Part shown: one piece after another, positions 33,593 to 47,700 of the stretch
Layout: each line of letters opens with the position of its first letter
Position numbering within the stretch: the stretch's first letter is position 1
Source of the DNA: the human T2T-CHM13v2.0 reference genome, Homo sapiens
DNA length: 64,000 nt
NCBI RefSeq assembly: GCF_009914755.1
Contig: NC_060934.1
Direction: 5' to 3' (one strand)
The notes under the pieces: generated by a model
The model's input: only the letters and a program-made list of their open reading frames with translations
The model's database searches: none
Told to the model about the DNA's origin: nothing
Made by a program: the position numbers and the translations under genes

Positions 33593-35321
33593 TGTATTAG
33601 TCTGTTCTCACGCTGCTAATAAAGACATACCTGAGACTGGGTAATTTATAAAAGGAAGAGGTTTAATGGACTCATAGTTCAGCATGGCTGGAGAGGTCTC
33701 ACAATCATGGCAGAAGGCAAAGGAGAAGCAAAGACACTTCTTACATGGTGGCAGGCAAGAGAGCTTATATAGGGGAACTCCTCTTTATAAAACCATCAGA
33801 TCTCATGAGACTTACTATCAAGAAAATAGCATGGGAAAGACCCACCCCCATGATTCAATTACCTCCCATGGGGCCCCTCCCATAACACATGGGAATTATG
33901 GGAGCTACAATTCAAGATAAGATTTGGATGGGGACACAGCCAAACCACATCATTCCACCCTTGGCCCCTCCCAAATCTCATGTCCTCACATTTCAAAACT
34001 GATCATGCCTTCCTAACAGTCTCCCAAAGTCTTAATTCATTTCAGCATTAACTCAAAAGTTCATAGTTTAAAATCTCATCTGAGACAAGGCAAGTTCCTT
34101 CCATCTATGAACCTGTAAAATAAAAAACAAGTTAGTTACTTCCTAGATACAATGGGGGCATAAGCATGCCCCCCATTCCAAATGGGAGAAATTGGCCAAA
34201 ACAAAGGGGCTACAGGCCTCATGCAAGTCTAAAGTCCAGTGGGGCAGTCAAATCTTAAAGCTCCAAAATAATCTCCTTTGACTCCATGTCTCACATCCAG
34301 GGCCCACTGATACAAGAAGTGGGTTCCCATGGTCTTGGGCAGCTCCACCCCTGTGGCTTTGCAGGGTACAGCCCCCCTCCTGGCTGCTTTTACAGGCTGG
34401 TGTTGAGTGTCTGCAGCTTTTCCAAGTGCATGGTGCAAGCTGTTGGTGGATCTGCCATTCTGAGGTCTGGAAGACGGTGGCCCTCTTCTGACAGCTCCAC
34501 TAGGCAGTGCCCCAGTGGGGACTTCTGGGTGGTGGCTCCAACCCCACATTTCCCTTCTGCACTGCCCTAGCATAGGTTCTTCATGAGGGCTCTGCCCCTG
34601 CAGCACACCTCTGCTTGGACATCCAGGCATTTCCATACATCCTCTGAAATCTAGGCAGAGGTTCCCAAACCTCAATTCTTGACTTCTGTGCGCCTGCAGG
34701 CCCAACACCACATGGAAGCCGCCAAGGCTTGAGGCTTGCACCCTCTGAAGCAACCACCTGAGTTCTATGTTGGCCCCTTTTAGCCACAGCTGGAATGCAG
34801 GGCACCAAGTCCCAAGAATGCACAAAGCAGCAAGGTCCTGGTCATGGCCAATGAAACCATTTTTGCCTCCTAGGCCTCCAAGCTTATAATGGGAGGGGCT
34901 GCCATGTCCTGTGACATGCCCTGGAGACATTTTCCCCATTATCTTGGCAATTATCATTTGGCTTCTTGTTACTTATGCAAATTTCTGCAGCAGGCTTAAA
35001 TTTCTCCTTAGAAAATGGGTTTTTCTTTTCAAGACTAGGTAATTTATAAAAGAAAGAGATTTAATTGACTCAGCATAGCTGAGGCAGCCTCACAATCATG
35101 GTGAAAGCAAAGGAGAAGCAAAGTCACGCCTTACATGGCAGCAGGCAAGAGAGCTTGTGTAGGGGAAGTCCCCTTTATAATACCATCAGATCTCATGAGA
35201 CTTATTCACTATTATGAGAACAGCATGGGAAAGACCCACCCCCATGATTCAATTACCTCCCACAGGGTGGGAGCTACAATTCAAGATGAGATTTGGGTGG
35301 GGACAGAGCCAAATCATATCA
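33593..35321 (-). mobile_element. THE1 (THE1B/C-like) MaLR element: LTR - internal - LTR with an internal deletion
   Basis: LTR 33593-33952, THE1-int about 33953-35030, partial LTR about 35031-35321; 5-bp TSD CCATG at 33588-33592 and 35322-35326. Confidence 0.92.
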
Positions 35322-37249
35322 CCATGTTAAAGATGTTATCATTATTGGGGGAAAAAATGGAAAGATACTGGAGATGTAGAGCAGATTTGTGGAATTGTTG
35401 CTTCTTTGCTTGTTTGCTTGCTTGTTTGCTTGCTTTTTAAGGTAGGTATGAGGCTGCTAGGGGCTATCACACAGGGAAGTCTGCCTGGAATGGAACTCAG
35501 CAAATAGAAAATCAAAGCTGATAGATGGAAGTGAAACCAACTCCTGAATACTTACTTAAGGAAAACAGGAGGAGGAGCCAGTCTGAGAGTAAAAGGAGCT
35601 AGGAGTAGGATAACGGAAGAGGATAAATTTAATTGGGGGATATGATGACATGAGAGACATATGCAACAAGATCAGTGCTAGGCCACTGGAATTGGATATA
35701 CAAATCTGGAAGTTAGGTGAGGGATTCAAACTGGAGGATGAAAGTGTGTGCTCAACATTTGCTTGCTGGTGGTCAGAATCTCAGCAGTGGATGAACAAAC
35801 CAGAATGAAGATTATTCAGAGGGCCAAAGAGGTCAGTGAAGGAAAGGTGCCCACAGAAGCAATTCAGGATGAATTATTAGAGAAATGGAAGGAGAACCAA
35901 GTGAGAAAGGAAAGAGGATAACATTTAATGAAAAGAGTTCACAGGCTTCAGAAGTAGTCTGCCTCTCCTGAATATTTGGTTTGTGTTCCTTTCTTTACAT
36001 TGGTTGCTAGGAAGCTCAGAAACTTGGCATGCATCTAGCAACTGCACAGAACTTTATAATCATTATGTTCAACAACCTTATCCTTAGTTTATTTTTCCAA
36101 TCTTTATTTCCCCCCAACTCTATTCCCTATTTGTTTACTTTTTATTGCATTTATTTGTATTACCTTAAATCCTGAGGTGGAAGGAAAATAAGTAAATAAA
36201 CTAACACATTGCAGCTAGTGTAAGATTCCAAACTTCTGGCATGCCAGAGTGTCCATCATTCCCAGTTGACTTGTGTACAGCCTGCCTCTCTCATTTATCT
36301 TATCTGCCTCAACTTTGTACTCATCTGAGTCTGAGACTCCTAGGCCAAGCAATCACTAGGATCCTTTTATGCTCTAAATTTGATGAATCTATATTCCTTC
36401 AATGCTAAAATCTCATGAGTTAAACTACCAAATATAATATCAAGTAGTTAGAATAGCAGTTATTTCTATTAAGTCCCACTTTAAAAAAACAAATGGTAAC
36501 AGTGAACATGTATGGTGTGCACAGCACTTGAGAAGAAGTAGGTTGGGCTTAAAAAGCAACATGATGGCATTTACTCTGGATCTTTGTAATGCATCACTAT
36601 GAGGTCCAGAACTAGCACATGTGTTCAATAGGATTTAGAGCAAAATGACTGAGTGGCACATCATTAAACCATGATGTTCAAGGCTAATTCCCTGAGCCTC
36701 TGCATTAACAGAGCGATATTCTGTTTGGCTTTATTCTCTTTATATTTATAGTGTACTCATTACCATAGCAACTAAGTGCTTTCCACAAAGACCTGATCAA
36801 ATTATTAGGGAGAGGTGAACAGGAAAGGAGAGGACACTGCAGGAATTGAAAGGAACCTTCTCCTTCTGATCTAACTCTAAATAACCCTTTCCTCCCTTTA
36901 TCTGACAAAATGGGGACCTCATAGAACATTTATTTAATGCTTTCCCTCCCAGAATCCTACCAATACCCAATCTTGCTTCCCTAGAGCACTGCTACATGTC
37001 CTATTGGGTTCTTCCTTGACCAAAAATGGTGAAACAGAAGAAGGAGTTTGTCTGCAACCCTGATTTTGCCTTTTTGTGTCCCCTTTTCCTCTTACAAATC
37101 AGATTTGCCTGCGTTTGAATTCGAGCTCTCCTACTTATTAGCTAGGTCTTTTTGGCAGGTGACTTAACCCTTCTGTTCCTTGGCTTTCCCTTTTGTGAAA
37201 TGCAGATACTAAGAGTGCCTACATAATAGAGTTATTACATAAGAATCAT

Positions 37250-37553
37250 GGCCGGGTGTGGTGGCTCACGCCTGGAATCCCAGCACACTGGGAGGCCGAG
37301 GCGGGTGGATCACAAGGTCAGGAGATCGAGACCATCCTGGCTAACACGGTGAAACCCCGTCTCTACTAAAAATACAAAAAAAGTTAGCCGGGTGCGGTGG
37401 CGGACACCTGTAGTCCCAGCTACTCCGGAGGCTGAGTCAGGAGAATGGCGTGAACCCAGGAGGCGGAGCTTGCAGTGAGCCGAGATAGCGCCACTGCAGT
37501 CCCGCCTGGGCCAAAGAGCGAGACTCCGCCTTAAAAAAAAAAAAAAAAAAAAA
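37250..37553 (+). mobile_element. AluY (possibly AluYk-type)
   Basis: gagatcgagaccatcctggctaacacggtg, gaatggcgtgaaccc, gagatagcgccactgcagtcc; CpG-rich. Confidence 0.92.
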
Positions 37554-37556
37554 TCA

Positions 37557-37674
37557 GACCGAGCGTGGTGGCTCATGCCTGTAATCCCAGTACATTGGGA
37601 GGCTGAAGCGGGAGAATCACTTGAGCCCAGGAGTTCAAGACCAGCCTGGGCAACACGGCAAAATCCCATCTCTA

Positions 37675-37708
<34 letters not shown>

Positions 37709-37880
37709 AAAAATAGCTAGGTGGAATGGCATGTGCCTGTAGTCCCAGCTACTCAGGATGCTAAAGTGAGAGGATCAACTGAGCCCAGGAGGTTGAGGCT
37801 GCAGTGAGCCAAGATGGCGCCACTGCACTCCAGTCTGGGAAACAGAGTGAGATACTGCTGACGATAGAGAGAGAGAGAGA
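37557..37880 (+). mobile_element. AluJ-like with an expanded central A tract
   Basis: cacttgagcccaggagttcaagaccagcctgggcaac...gaggctgcagtgagcc. Confidence 0.9.
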
Positions 37881-37972
37881 GGAAGGAAGGAAGGAAGGAG
37901 GGAGGGAGGGAGGGAAGGAAGGAAGGAAGGAAGGAAGGAAGGAAGGAAGGAAGGAAGGAAGGAAGGAAGGAA
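37881..37972 (+). repeat. (GGAA)n microsatellite derived from an Alu tail
   Basis: (GGAA)4(GGAG)4(GGAA)15. Confidence 0.95.
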
Positions 37973-39649
37973 TCAAATGAGCTGAGCTGATAAACATTAA
38001 GTGTATTAAAGAGTTCCTGATCCATAGTAAATGCTCAATAAATGTTAGCTATTATTTCAACATATCCTATTCTTGTATTCCCAGTCACTAGAATACTCAT
38101 GCTATCCTGGTCTTCTTGGTTCAGTGAATGGAAAAAACTATTACTGTCAGACAGGGTCCTTCCTACATACAACACAGAGAAATGAGGAAGGTTACCCCTG
38201 TCTGGCCAGATCTATTGGCCAGATCAACAAATGCCTAAATCTCTGCCATTGGAAGCTCGTTTTTGCGGGTAAAACAATGTCTTTACAAGTGTTTTTTCCA
38301 ACTAGATTCAACTTTCACAAGGGCAAGGAGCGTGCCTCAGTCATTTGTTCCCAAATGTAGAGACAAATTCACTCTCACATCCTATTCATACTAAGGTGTA
38401 AGTGAATAACTTGTTATCCCTCTCTGAGATTATGTATATAGGCATACACAGAAAGTTATGGCAAGCCTATTATTTCAGGCTCTATGACAGGTGGTACGGG
38501 CTAATAAGTGATTGACACATGTTCTTTAGCCTTCATGAAGGTTAAATCTAGTGGGAGAAAATACTGGTAAAGGAAATACATTACCCAAAGAAACTGAGTT
38601 TTAAGAGGAACGTGGTGAGGTCTTCATGAGTTCCTCAAACCATTCTAAACAGAGGACCACCGATTCTAGTAGAGGTTAGCCCAGCCCTGGCATTGAGTCA
38701 GCTGAATTCTTCTCCTGGAGAGCTACCTCCCTATTGTGGTGTGGCAGTACTGATCAATGCTACTGACTCATCTTTGCACAATTACCAAGAGACTATCTCA
38801 GACAAGGTCGGAAGCATCAACACCCAAACCCAAGAGTTAAGATTTCAGATAAGCATACTTGAAACTTGGAAGAGGTCGTTTTAGGATAAGTAAAGGCAAA
38901 CATTCTTTTACGCTGTGGGTAGTTAATTCATTACCTCATCTGGAACTTGTTACTGCAAGAGCCTATATAAACCAAAAATAAAATTAGGTTCAAGAAGGTT
39001 GAGATAAATGGATGAATAAAGAGTTACAAACAGGCTCTTGAGATAAGATTAAGAAGGCCTTCAATTCAATAGGAATCTACCAAGGATCCTACTACTACGT
39101 TCTGACCACAACTTTGAATGTGTTCCTGACTTTCTGAAGATCTCATTTTCTTCCATCATATATTCTTTGGTTCCACTGCTGAAACAAGCTGGGTTAGAGA
39201 GAGAGTTTGCTAACCACTGAGAATTTTCCTATATCCTTTTGCTCTTTATAAGCATGATTTACTGACCAGATCTTAAAATAATAGGGTCCTTTCTCCCTCA
39301 CCCAGACCTTGGAGAATCATCTACCAAAGGGCAATGGTTCAACTCCAGAAGGATAACTGGAAAGCCTAAACTGTGCTATAGAAAAAGGAAGGGTAAACCA
39401 CATCTGCCCCAGTTTTCAAGTTGTCCTGAGCTGAAATTCTTAGATTAATTACATTCTTAAGACTGTTTTTGCTCTTGCATTTGCTCTTGGGTTCCATGGG
39501 TGAGGTGGCTTTAGTTACAAGTGGAGTAGGTGATCTCCTGGGAAGAATGATGAGAGGCTCAAGAAGCCCTGTTCTCCATACTGTCTTTCTACCTCAATTG
39601 ACTGATAAATGCCTCAATACTACTGGGTCATAGCTTGGTCAATTTAGGT

Positions 39650-39831
39650 CAGTGATTTTCAGACTTTACTGTATATCAGAATCACCTAGAGGGCTTGTTA
39701 AACTAGATTGCTGGATCTCACCCTCCAGAGTTTCTGGCGGTCTATAGGAGGGCCCAAGAACATGCATTTCTCACAAGTTTCCAGGTGATGCTAATACTAC
39801 TGATACAGAGACCACACTTTGAGAACCATTG
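39650..39831. mobile_element. MER5A hAT MITE
   Basis: cagtgattttc...atcagaatcacctagagggcttgttaaa...ccacactttgagaaccattg. Confidence 0.85.
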
Positions 39832-41957
39832 CTCTAGGCCTAGACGCCCATTCAAAAGCAAGCCTCTACATGGAATGGATGGCACTCAAGCTGGCATCAA
39901 CCTCTTACACCCAAAAGTGGGGTTAGTACACCTATCAGATGAGAGAAACTCCCAATTAGGAGAAAATGAAAATAATGAATATATCCACAGAGCAGGTTTG
40001 GGGTACCCAGGATCTCTGATTTTGCTCATAGGAAAAGACTGAAATGAATTATCTCTGAGTCCCTTCACCCTTTGCACACTGATCAACTGAGAAGTAAAAG
40101 AAAAGGAAAAGAAAGGGAGGGTTCATGTACACTCATATTCAGATTTTTCCTCACTTTCCACAGAAAGATTTACAGAAAGAAACCCTGCCTGCTTTCCTAG
40201 GTATCTTATACATGCTCATCAGTGGGGAGACTGGTTGGGCTGGAAGTCAGCTGGCAAGTATGCTTTGCTCCTCCCCACCCTCCCCAGTCCTCTTTCTTTC
40301 CTCCATCACCCAAAGATTCACTTACTTCCTCCTCTGGTAACATTTCATCACCATGAACAAAGCACCTTCACCTTCTACCCCACCTTGGAAGTCTGCTAGG
40401 CTGCCCATCCTTCCACATGCTTTTTTTTTTTTTCCATGGAAGCAGTCATCTTTAAACCATATAACTGAAACCTTCATTGTCAGAGGATTTTTTTTCTAAG
40501 TAAATAATATAAAATAGGAATACTGCACCAAGTTAAATATCAACATTATCCATCTTTGTAGCTGTCAAAGGTAAAAATATTGAATATATTACTTTGGTGA
40601 GCAGCAAGCACTGATAAACCATCAGGTATCTCATCTTCCAGGGAGTTATTTTTAGGCAGTTAAGTTGACATGAATGTGCATCTTAATTCCCTAAATTTTA
40701 AAAAGAAATTGAGGTAATAGTGTAAGCAAGTTGTGACTCCAAATGTGCTTTAACTGAAAACAGTATCTCTAGGGAATACTTTTAAACGACCCATTCTAAT
40801 GTTCTTCTTACAATTAGGTTTATTTCCCAGGTTTATAAAATGCAATTGCATTCCCACAAAAGAAAAAGAATTCACCATCTTCCTTTCCTTATGACAAAGC
40901 CCCAGCAGCAAGTCATTATCACTTTTGACTAATCAGAGGGAAACCACCTGCAGGAATACTCTCCTTTCTGTGGGCTCCCAGCAGAAGCTTCCAAATGATG
41001 ATTAATCACTGAGTAAACGGCAGAATTGACAACAGCATAATGACAAAGAGAAAGCAGAGAAGGGGCCTGAACCGTGGGTGCCTGTGGCCCAGCCCCAGTG
41101 GGTGGAAGGGCCAAAGAAGATGGATGGCCCTGTAAGCGCCGGACACTTGAGTATCTTGTCTTTCATAAGGGGGGGGGGGGTCACTTTTGCCAAATTCAAC
41201 AAATAAGGCACCACGCATCAAATGGACATGCTTCCTATGTCTGTCAGAAGCAAGGAGAAATGTCTTAAAAGTTAAACTAATGGTTTAAATTGGCATCCTA
41301 AACTCAGACGATCACAGAAATAAGAGATACTACAAATGACAGCCTAATCCATTATCGTGGAAGGCATTCAGAAGGTTTTACTGATTACAGCTTCAGATTA
41401 CCCTAACTGTGTCCCTACTAATTTGAAAAATGATGAATCACTAAGTTCAAACAGGGCTCAGAAGAGTCAATTATACTAAGCAGTGATATCAAAAGCTCAT
41501 ATTTTCTACACTAAGGAATAAAACATGTTGTGCCTAATAACAAACAGAAATGAGGCATAATACCCACTCTCAGTTGACCCAGTCATTAGCAATAAGAATG
41601 TTTCTCTAATTTTTCAATATTTCTTTCCAGGATATATACTCCCTGCCCTAAGGAATCCTAGTAGCCAAAGTTTATTAACACAAAAAAAAGATTTGTAGCA
41701 AATGAAATATTGGTTTGCAGTCAGCTGAAGGTCCTTCAGATACCATGCGTTTCCAGGCCTTCATGCTTCAGCAAAAAGAGCAGTTACTGGTCAGAACCAT
41801 TATCTCCCAGGCATCATGAGTACCATCATCTTCTTCACCATGATCATATTCATCACCACCTTCTCACCTTTGTCATTTTTTACCCCCTGTAAAACAAAGA
41901 GAACTTCCAGTTCACAGAGGTCAAAGAATTCCATGCATTTTTTCCCATTAATCCTAA

Positions 41958-42386
<429 letters not shown>

Positions 42387-43900
42387 TGACTATGACATCA
42401 TATATTGACATGTCCCAACACCATTAGGTACATTTTCTGTATATGATGTCTTTTTCTCAACCTTGCCTAGAACCATGTTGCACATTGTAGGTGTACAACA
42501 ATTGCCTGTTAAATGGCTTTATTTTCTGTTTCTTTTTCTAGACTTAACCAACATGAGGTCCTATACTTGAGATCTTTGAACTCCTTCCCAAGGGGAGTTC
42601 TTGGGCATATGTAGTAGCATTAAGACCTGAAGGGAGCAATTGAAACAGTAGAGGAATCTGGGAACCCAGGATTATAAACAGATCTTGAAGTAGTCTCTTT
42701 TCTCAGCACTTATGGTATAGCCATACCATAACACACTGGGAAATTATTTTTCCCACCAACATTCAATTTCTAGCGTCCTCCAGTGATTTCAATGATCCAA
42801 TGATTTCAGAAAGTTTAATCTCATATTCAAAACAAGTTTCACATTCAAATTCTCTGGCCAGGTTTTCAAGCCTCTACCCAAGATACTGCCATGCCTGCTT
42901 AGCCAACACCACCCCACACCAACACACACTGTTTATGTTATGTTCCCTCCTTCTGCCTTTCCCCTTCGACAGGCTGGCTCTCCCTCTTCACTTTCATTCA
43001 TGCCTTCTCATCTTCCTTGTACCCCACCACCCTTCTTTGGAGCTCCCTCTCTTCTAAGATCTTACAATCTTTCGTCAGATACTTGGAGAGGCTGTAACCA
43101 ACCACAGCCAGTGTCAGAGAGCATGAACTTTGGGACTATCAAGCCATCCCAAGATCTCCATTTAATCCCTACCTGACCTTGGATAAGTTGCTTAAACTCT
43201 CAAAGAACATTTCTACATCTGTGGAATTGGAGTGAGAATATGTACCTTAGGACATAATTGAAATAACGTGTAAGAAATGCCTGGCCCAGATACTGTACAA
43301 TTAATTGTTATTAATATCACTGTCTGTCATGGTTATGAATATTTCAGGTGGCAAATGCATGGGTCTGGAGCAAGAAGTACCAGTTCTCTTTAACAGGCAT
43401 TTCTTGTACAATCATTAGAACCATGTGGCCTATATAGTGGGCAATGTTTATAGAAACAAATCAAATACAGGCTTCTGCTGCCTTCCCTACCTCTGCCTGT
43501 CCCGAAATTTCATCTTCTTTTTTGGGGCTTCAATGTTCCAGTGGCCCTGCTTTGGACAGTTACCTGTAGCCCAGAAGCTGCTCCTCCCATGGTCCACTAG
43601 TTCCAGCAGCTGTCTCACCAGTGATGCACATACAAGCTTGGATACCCCTGTGAGGACACGTGTGCTTACACTGTATTGGCTTCCAGGTCAGGGATGCAAA
43701 TGAACAGCAAGAGAATGTGCCGCCTAAAGCAAGAGACCGGTGGGCTGCTCCCATCTACTGGTAAACAATTTGGTTGCTTTTTAAAAATTCATTGCACAAA
43801 CATTTTGACATTAGTAGTGAAAATCAATATCTTAAGGACTTATTTGTTTAAACTACCTATAATCCCACCACTGTAGCTCATTATGTTTTCATTTGTTTAG

Positions 43901-44184
<284 letters not shown>

Positions 44185-44454
44185 AGCATATGCATCTCCA
44201 TATTGCCACACTTTATTGTTTTAAAGCCTACCAAAAGCTTTCTGATAAGGAATAAAAGATGGGAATATCAAAATGTTGACCTTATTTCTTGAGGCATCCT
44301 CCCATGACCCCTCCATCATCATGAAGTCTTCTCATGGGGCTCTCCCTTCTCTTACTGTATTAAGAACCTTGGACAGGTGAAATGTATGAAATTCAAAACA
44401 ATGCCCATGTGTAGTTCCAAAGCACTTGAGGTTTAGATCAAAATCACCTAGGAA

Positions 44455-44700
44455 GGGTGTTAAAAAGTATAGACTCTGGCTTCAGGCAGACTTGGATTTG
44501 AAATCCGATTCTGCCACTTACTAGCTTTGTGACTTTGGACAAGTTATTATCCTGTCTATGCTTCAGTTTCTATTCTGTAAAATGGGGTAATAGTATTCCT
44601 CTCCGAGAGCTGTTGTGGGGATTAAATGAAAGGACACATACAGAATGTTAAATAAAATTTTGTTGAACGTTTTGTTATTTTTCTCATTATTACTATTATT
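44455..44700 (+). mobile_element. MIR
   Basis: agactctggcttcaggcagacttggatttgaaatcc...tgtgactttggacaagtta...tgtaaaatgggg...gattaaatga. Confidence 0.8.
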
Positions 44701-47700
44701 GCTTTGCGTAAGAGCAATCTTTTAGGCACTGTGGGGACTATGTTTTTGCTTCTTCTGCTAACTTTGAGCTGGATGAAAGAAAAGATTGTTTCATTCATTT
44801 CTGAATTCCCAGTACAAACCTTTGGGCCTAACGCATAATAGGGGTTCAGTAAATGTTTACTCAAAATTGATTGAAAAGTAAGCAGACACAGAGAGGGAGA
44901 AAACACACATGCACTTGATTCAAAGTTTAATTCAGTAAAATGAAAGCTTTGGTTTTCTTATGTTATCTTTTATTTTTAAAATTATTTTATCTTTCCTTTC
45001 TAAAAAAAAAATCCCTACTTCTTATATCTACCGGCAGCCACGTCAAATATTAGGCATTGCTCATTAATGAGCAGCAGAAACTAAATGAGTTTAGTTATCC
45101 TAATCTGGAGTTCCAGCTGCTCTTCTTTCCTCCTCCCACATATTTACACAACCCCAAAAGGAAATCTGAGGAAGCTCCTGTGCAAGACAGGTGTGAATTT
45201 GCCCAAGAAACTTAAGTATAAGGCATCCCCAATGAGCTCCTCTCTGATGGAGAGATTGGAGGTTTAAAAGCAACAAGAGGTGCAGACATCTCCCCAAAGG
45301 CAACTAAAGACAATAGGTTCTTCCAGCCACATAAATGTGAGTTTGGTGGGGAAAACATCATAGAAATTATGGAGTCATTAGATAAATAATTATTAAATAG
45401 AGTAAAATTAAATATAAAATGCTAGAAACTAAAAGAATAATGAGGTGGTTTTAATTGCATGGATTTGGGGAGGGAGTCTAAATTCTATATAGATTTTATA
45501 TCCAGAGCTTCCTAGTTTGGGGATCTTTTTGGATTTTTGGGATTTTTTGCTAGCAATCATATTTTTTACAATGATCTTTGTTACAATTAATTGAAAACTA
45601 CAAAAAATTAAATATATTAATAAATCAAGTTATTGAATAAAATAGCAAAATAAAACAGAAAAAGATACTTATTCCTGAAGACTTTTCTGAGATATGGGGG
45701 CCTTTGTCCCATATCCTTCTGGTTTTTTTCACTTTGGGATTTGACAATTTTATAAACAAACAAAATGCATCCTTTCTTTCTAAACCAAGTGAATTCGAAT
45801 GTGTAAATGGTGCTTTTAACAAATATAACATCAATAACTATTTTATTTTTAATAATGTTTTCATTCTCTTTTCTACCTGTCTTCACAAAACAGATTTCTT
45901 TTCCCGCTATAATTTAAAATTTTAACTGAATTTCATATCTTAGGAGAAGAAGGTTCGGCACATGAAGTTTTGCACCACTTGTTAGGAATTTGGATTTGGT
46001 TCTCCACTCAATATTTGCTCAATAAAATTTGTTACATTACATTTGAGTGTTCAGTGAAAGAGGGAAAAATGTTCCTCTTGAGTCTCCACTGTGGTGTTTG
46101 GAGGGCCAAAGCTCTCTTGGCAAAGCAAAGTCCTAACTCCAGGCTGCCTGTGTGCAATCTAAGAGCAGACTGGGCCTTCTCCCACAGGGCCCACGCCTCC
46201 AGAATATTCTTCCCCTCCTGATCAGACACAGGCTGAAATCTGTGATGCTCTCTGCTCAGTCAGGCATTTTCCTGAGGCCTGTGGGTGGACAGGGATCAGA
46301 GATTAAAGTGGTGGCAAGTCTTTATTTATTATGACTGCAGAGTGGTCTATCCAAGCCATCCATTTATAGGGACGGGAGATGCTCTTGTAACAGCAGAGAA
46401 AATCATTAGCATTTGATTTCTCCTCTTGACTACCTGTCTGTTGTAGTTGTGCTCACGTTCACCCAATCAGGGCACAGAAATGGTTTCCTGGCCTAAGGGA
46501 TGAAATGTGAGGTGGCTCACCTCCCAGGCCAGGCTGGACGCATGGAGACAGCATGGTCCAGTGACCTAAGCAATGAGCTGGAAATTCCAGACTAATTATG
46601 CCCTTTCCATCATCAGGCTTGCTGTGTGATGCCAGGTGAAGCACCTACCATCTCTGAACCTCTGCCTTGGCTTGTTTGCTACAAGCTGAAAGTGGTTGCT
46701 ACAAGATAACAGGCAACTAACAACCTTCTTGAACCTTGGCTTCCTCATCTATAAAACAGGACTGACTTTAACAAGTGTCTTTGTTGCCTCACAGGGTCAC
46801 TGTGAGGCTAAAATGCACATAAAAACTCCGGTAATTTGTAGAGTACTGAACAAATTGGTTCTTCCTCATGCCATTATTAGTACTGGAGTAAAGCTGGGAC
46901 TCAACTCTAGGTCTGCTGACCTCCATTTCCAGGACCCAAGAAAAGCCAAATGGGCTAAAATGCTAAATCCCCCTTGCTTTTCATGAACAGCCAACAAATC
47001 TTGGACCCAATGGACTGTGGTTTCATGATACAAACATTCCTGCAAGGGTTCAAGCATGTCCTAGTGTTGGCTAAATCCAGAAAAATCACTAAGCCAGCAC
47101 GCTTTGGGGCATTTTGTCAGGTTCTTAGGAAACCAAGAAAATGTGGTGCAATATTTTTATTTACAGCGAATGTAGAAGTTAGCCACACTTCTCTTTAAGT
47201 TCTTAAATGTATAGGAAGGTTCCATTTGAGGATTAGACACAGAATGGCAAGCTGGCTTCCCTCCACCCTGAATCCCACTTGACCCTCCTCATTATATCCC
47301 TAGTTAATTCTTCAGTAATTGGGGAGCTGTGGTCTTTGCAAATGTCACAGTTTCACCACAGTGTATTTACTTCTGGGTGGATTAGCATGAATGTGTCGAT
47401 TGTATTGGTTTGCCAATTTTGTGGGAGTGATTTGAAAGCCTGCAGAATAAACTGTTATTTAACTCGGGGAAATGGGAAGAAAAAAATGGCAGTATTTTAT
47501 GTGTTGCTCCCTTTGATTCATATTTGCATGAAATCCTCATAACCCAAGGCAGCTGGAATCCCAAGTATAATGACAACATTGGTGGGAAGAAGTTTAGACC
47601 TGGATGGAAGGTGAGGCTTGTGTAGGAGGCAATTTTTCCACACAGATGTAAAGCATAAGAAATATTTATTAGTAGAAATTATATACGAAGATTAGGGTGA

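Larger units (their letters stand above)
37100..38055 (+). mobile_element. MIR split by two Alus
   Basis: gtttgaattcgagctctcctactta...ggcaggtgacttaacccttctg before the Alus; catagtaaatgctcaataaatgttagctattat after them. Confidence 0.7.

Noticed and set aside
34229-34957. 242-aa ORF
   Set aside because: It lies within the decayed THE1 internal region, with no evidence for a host gene.
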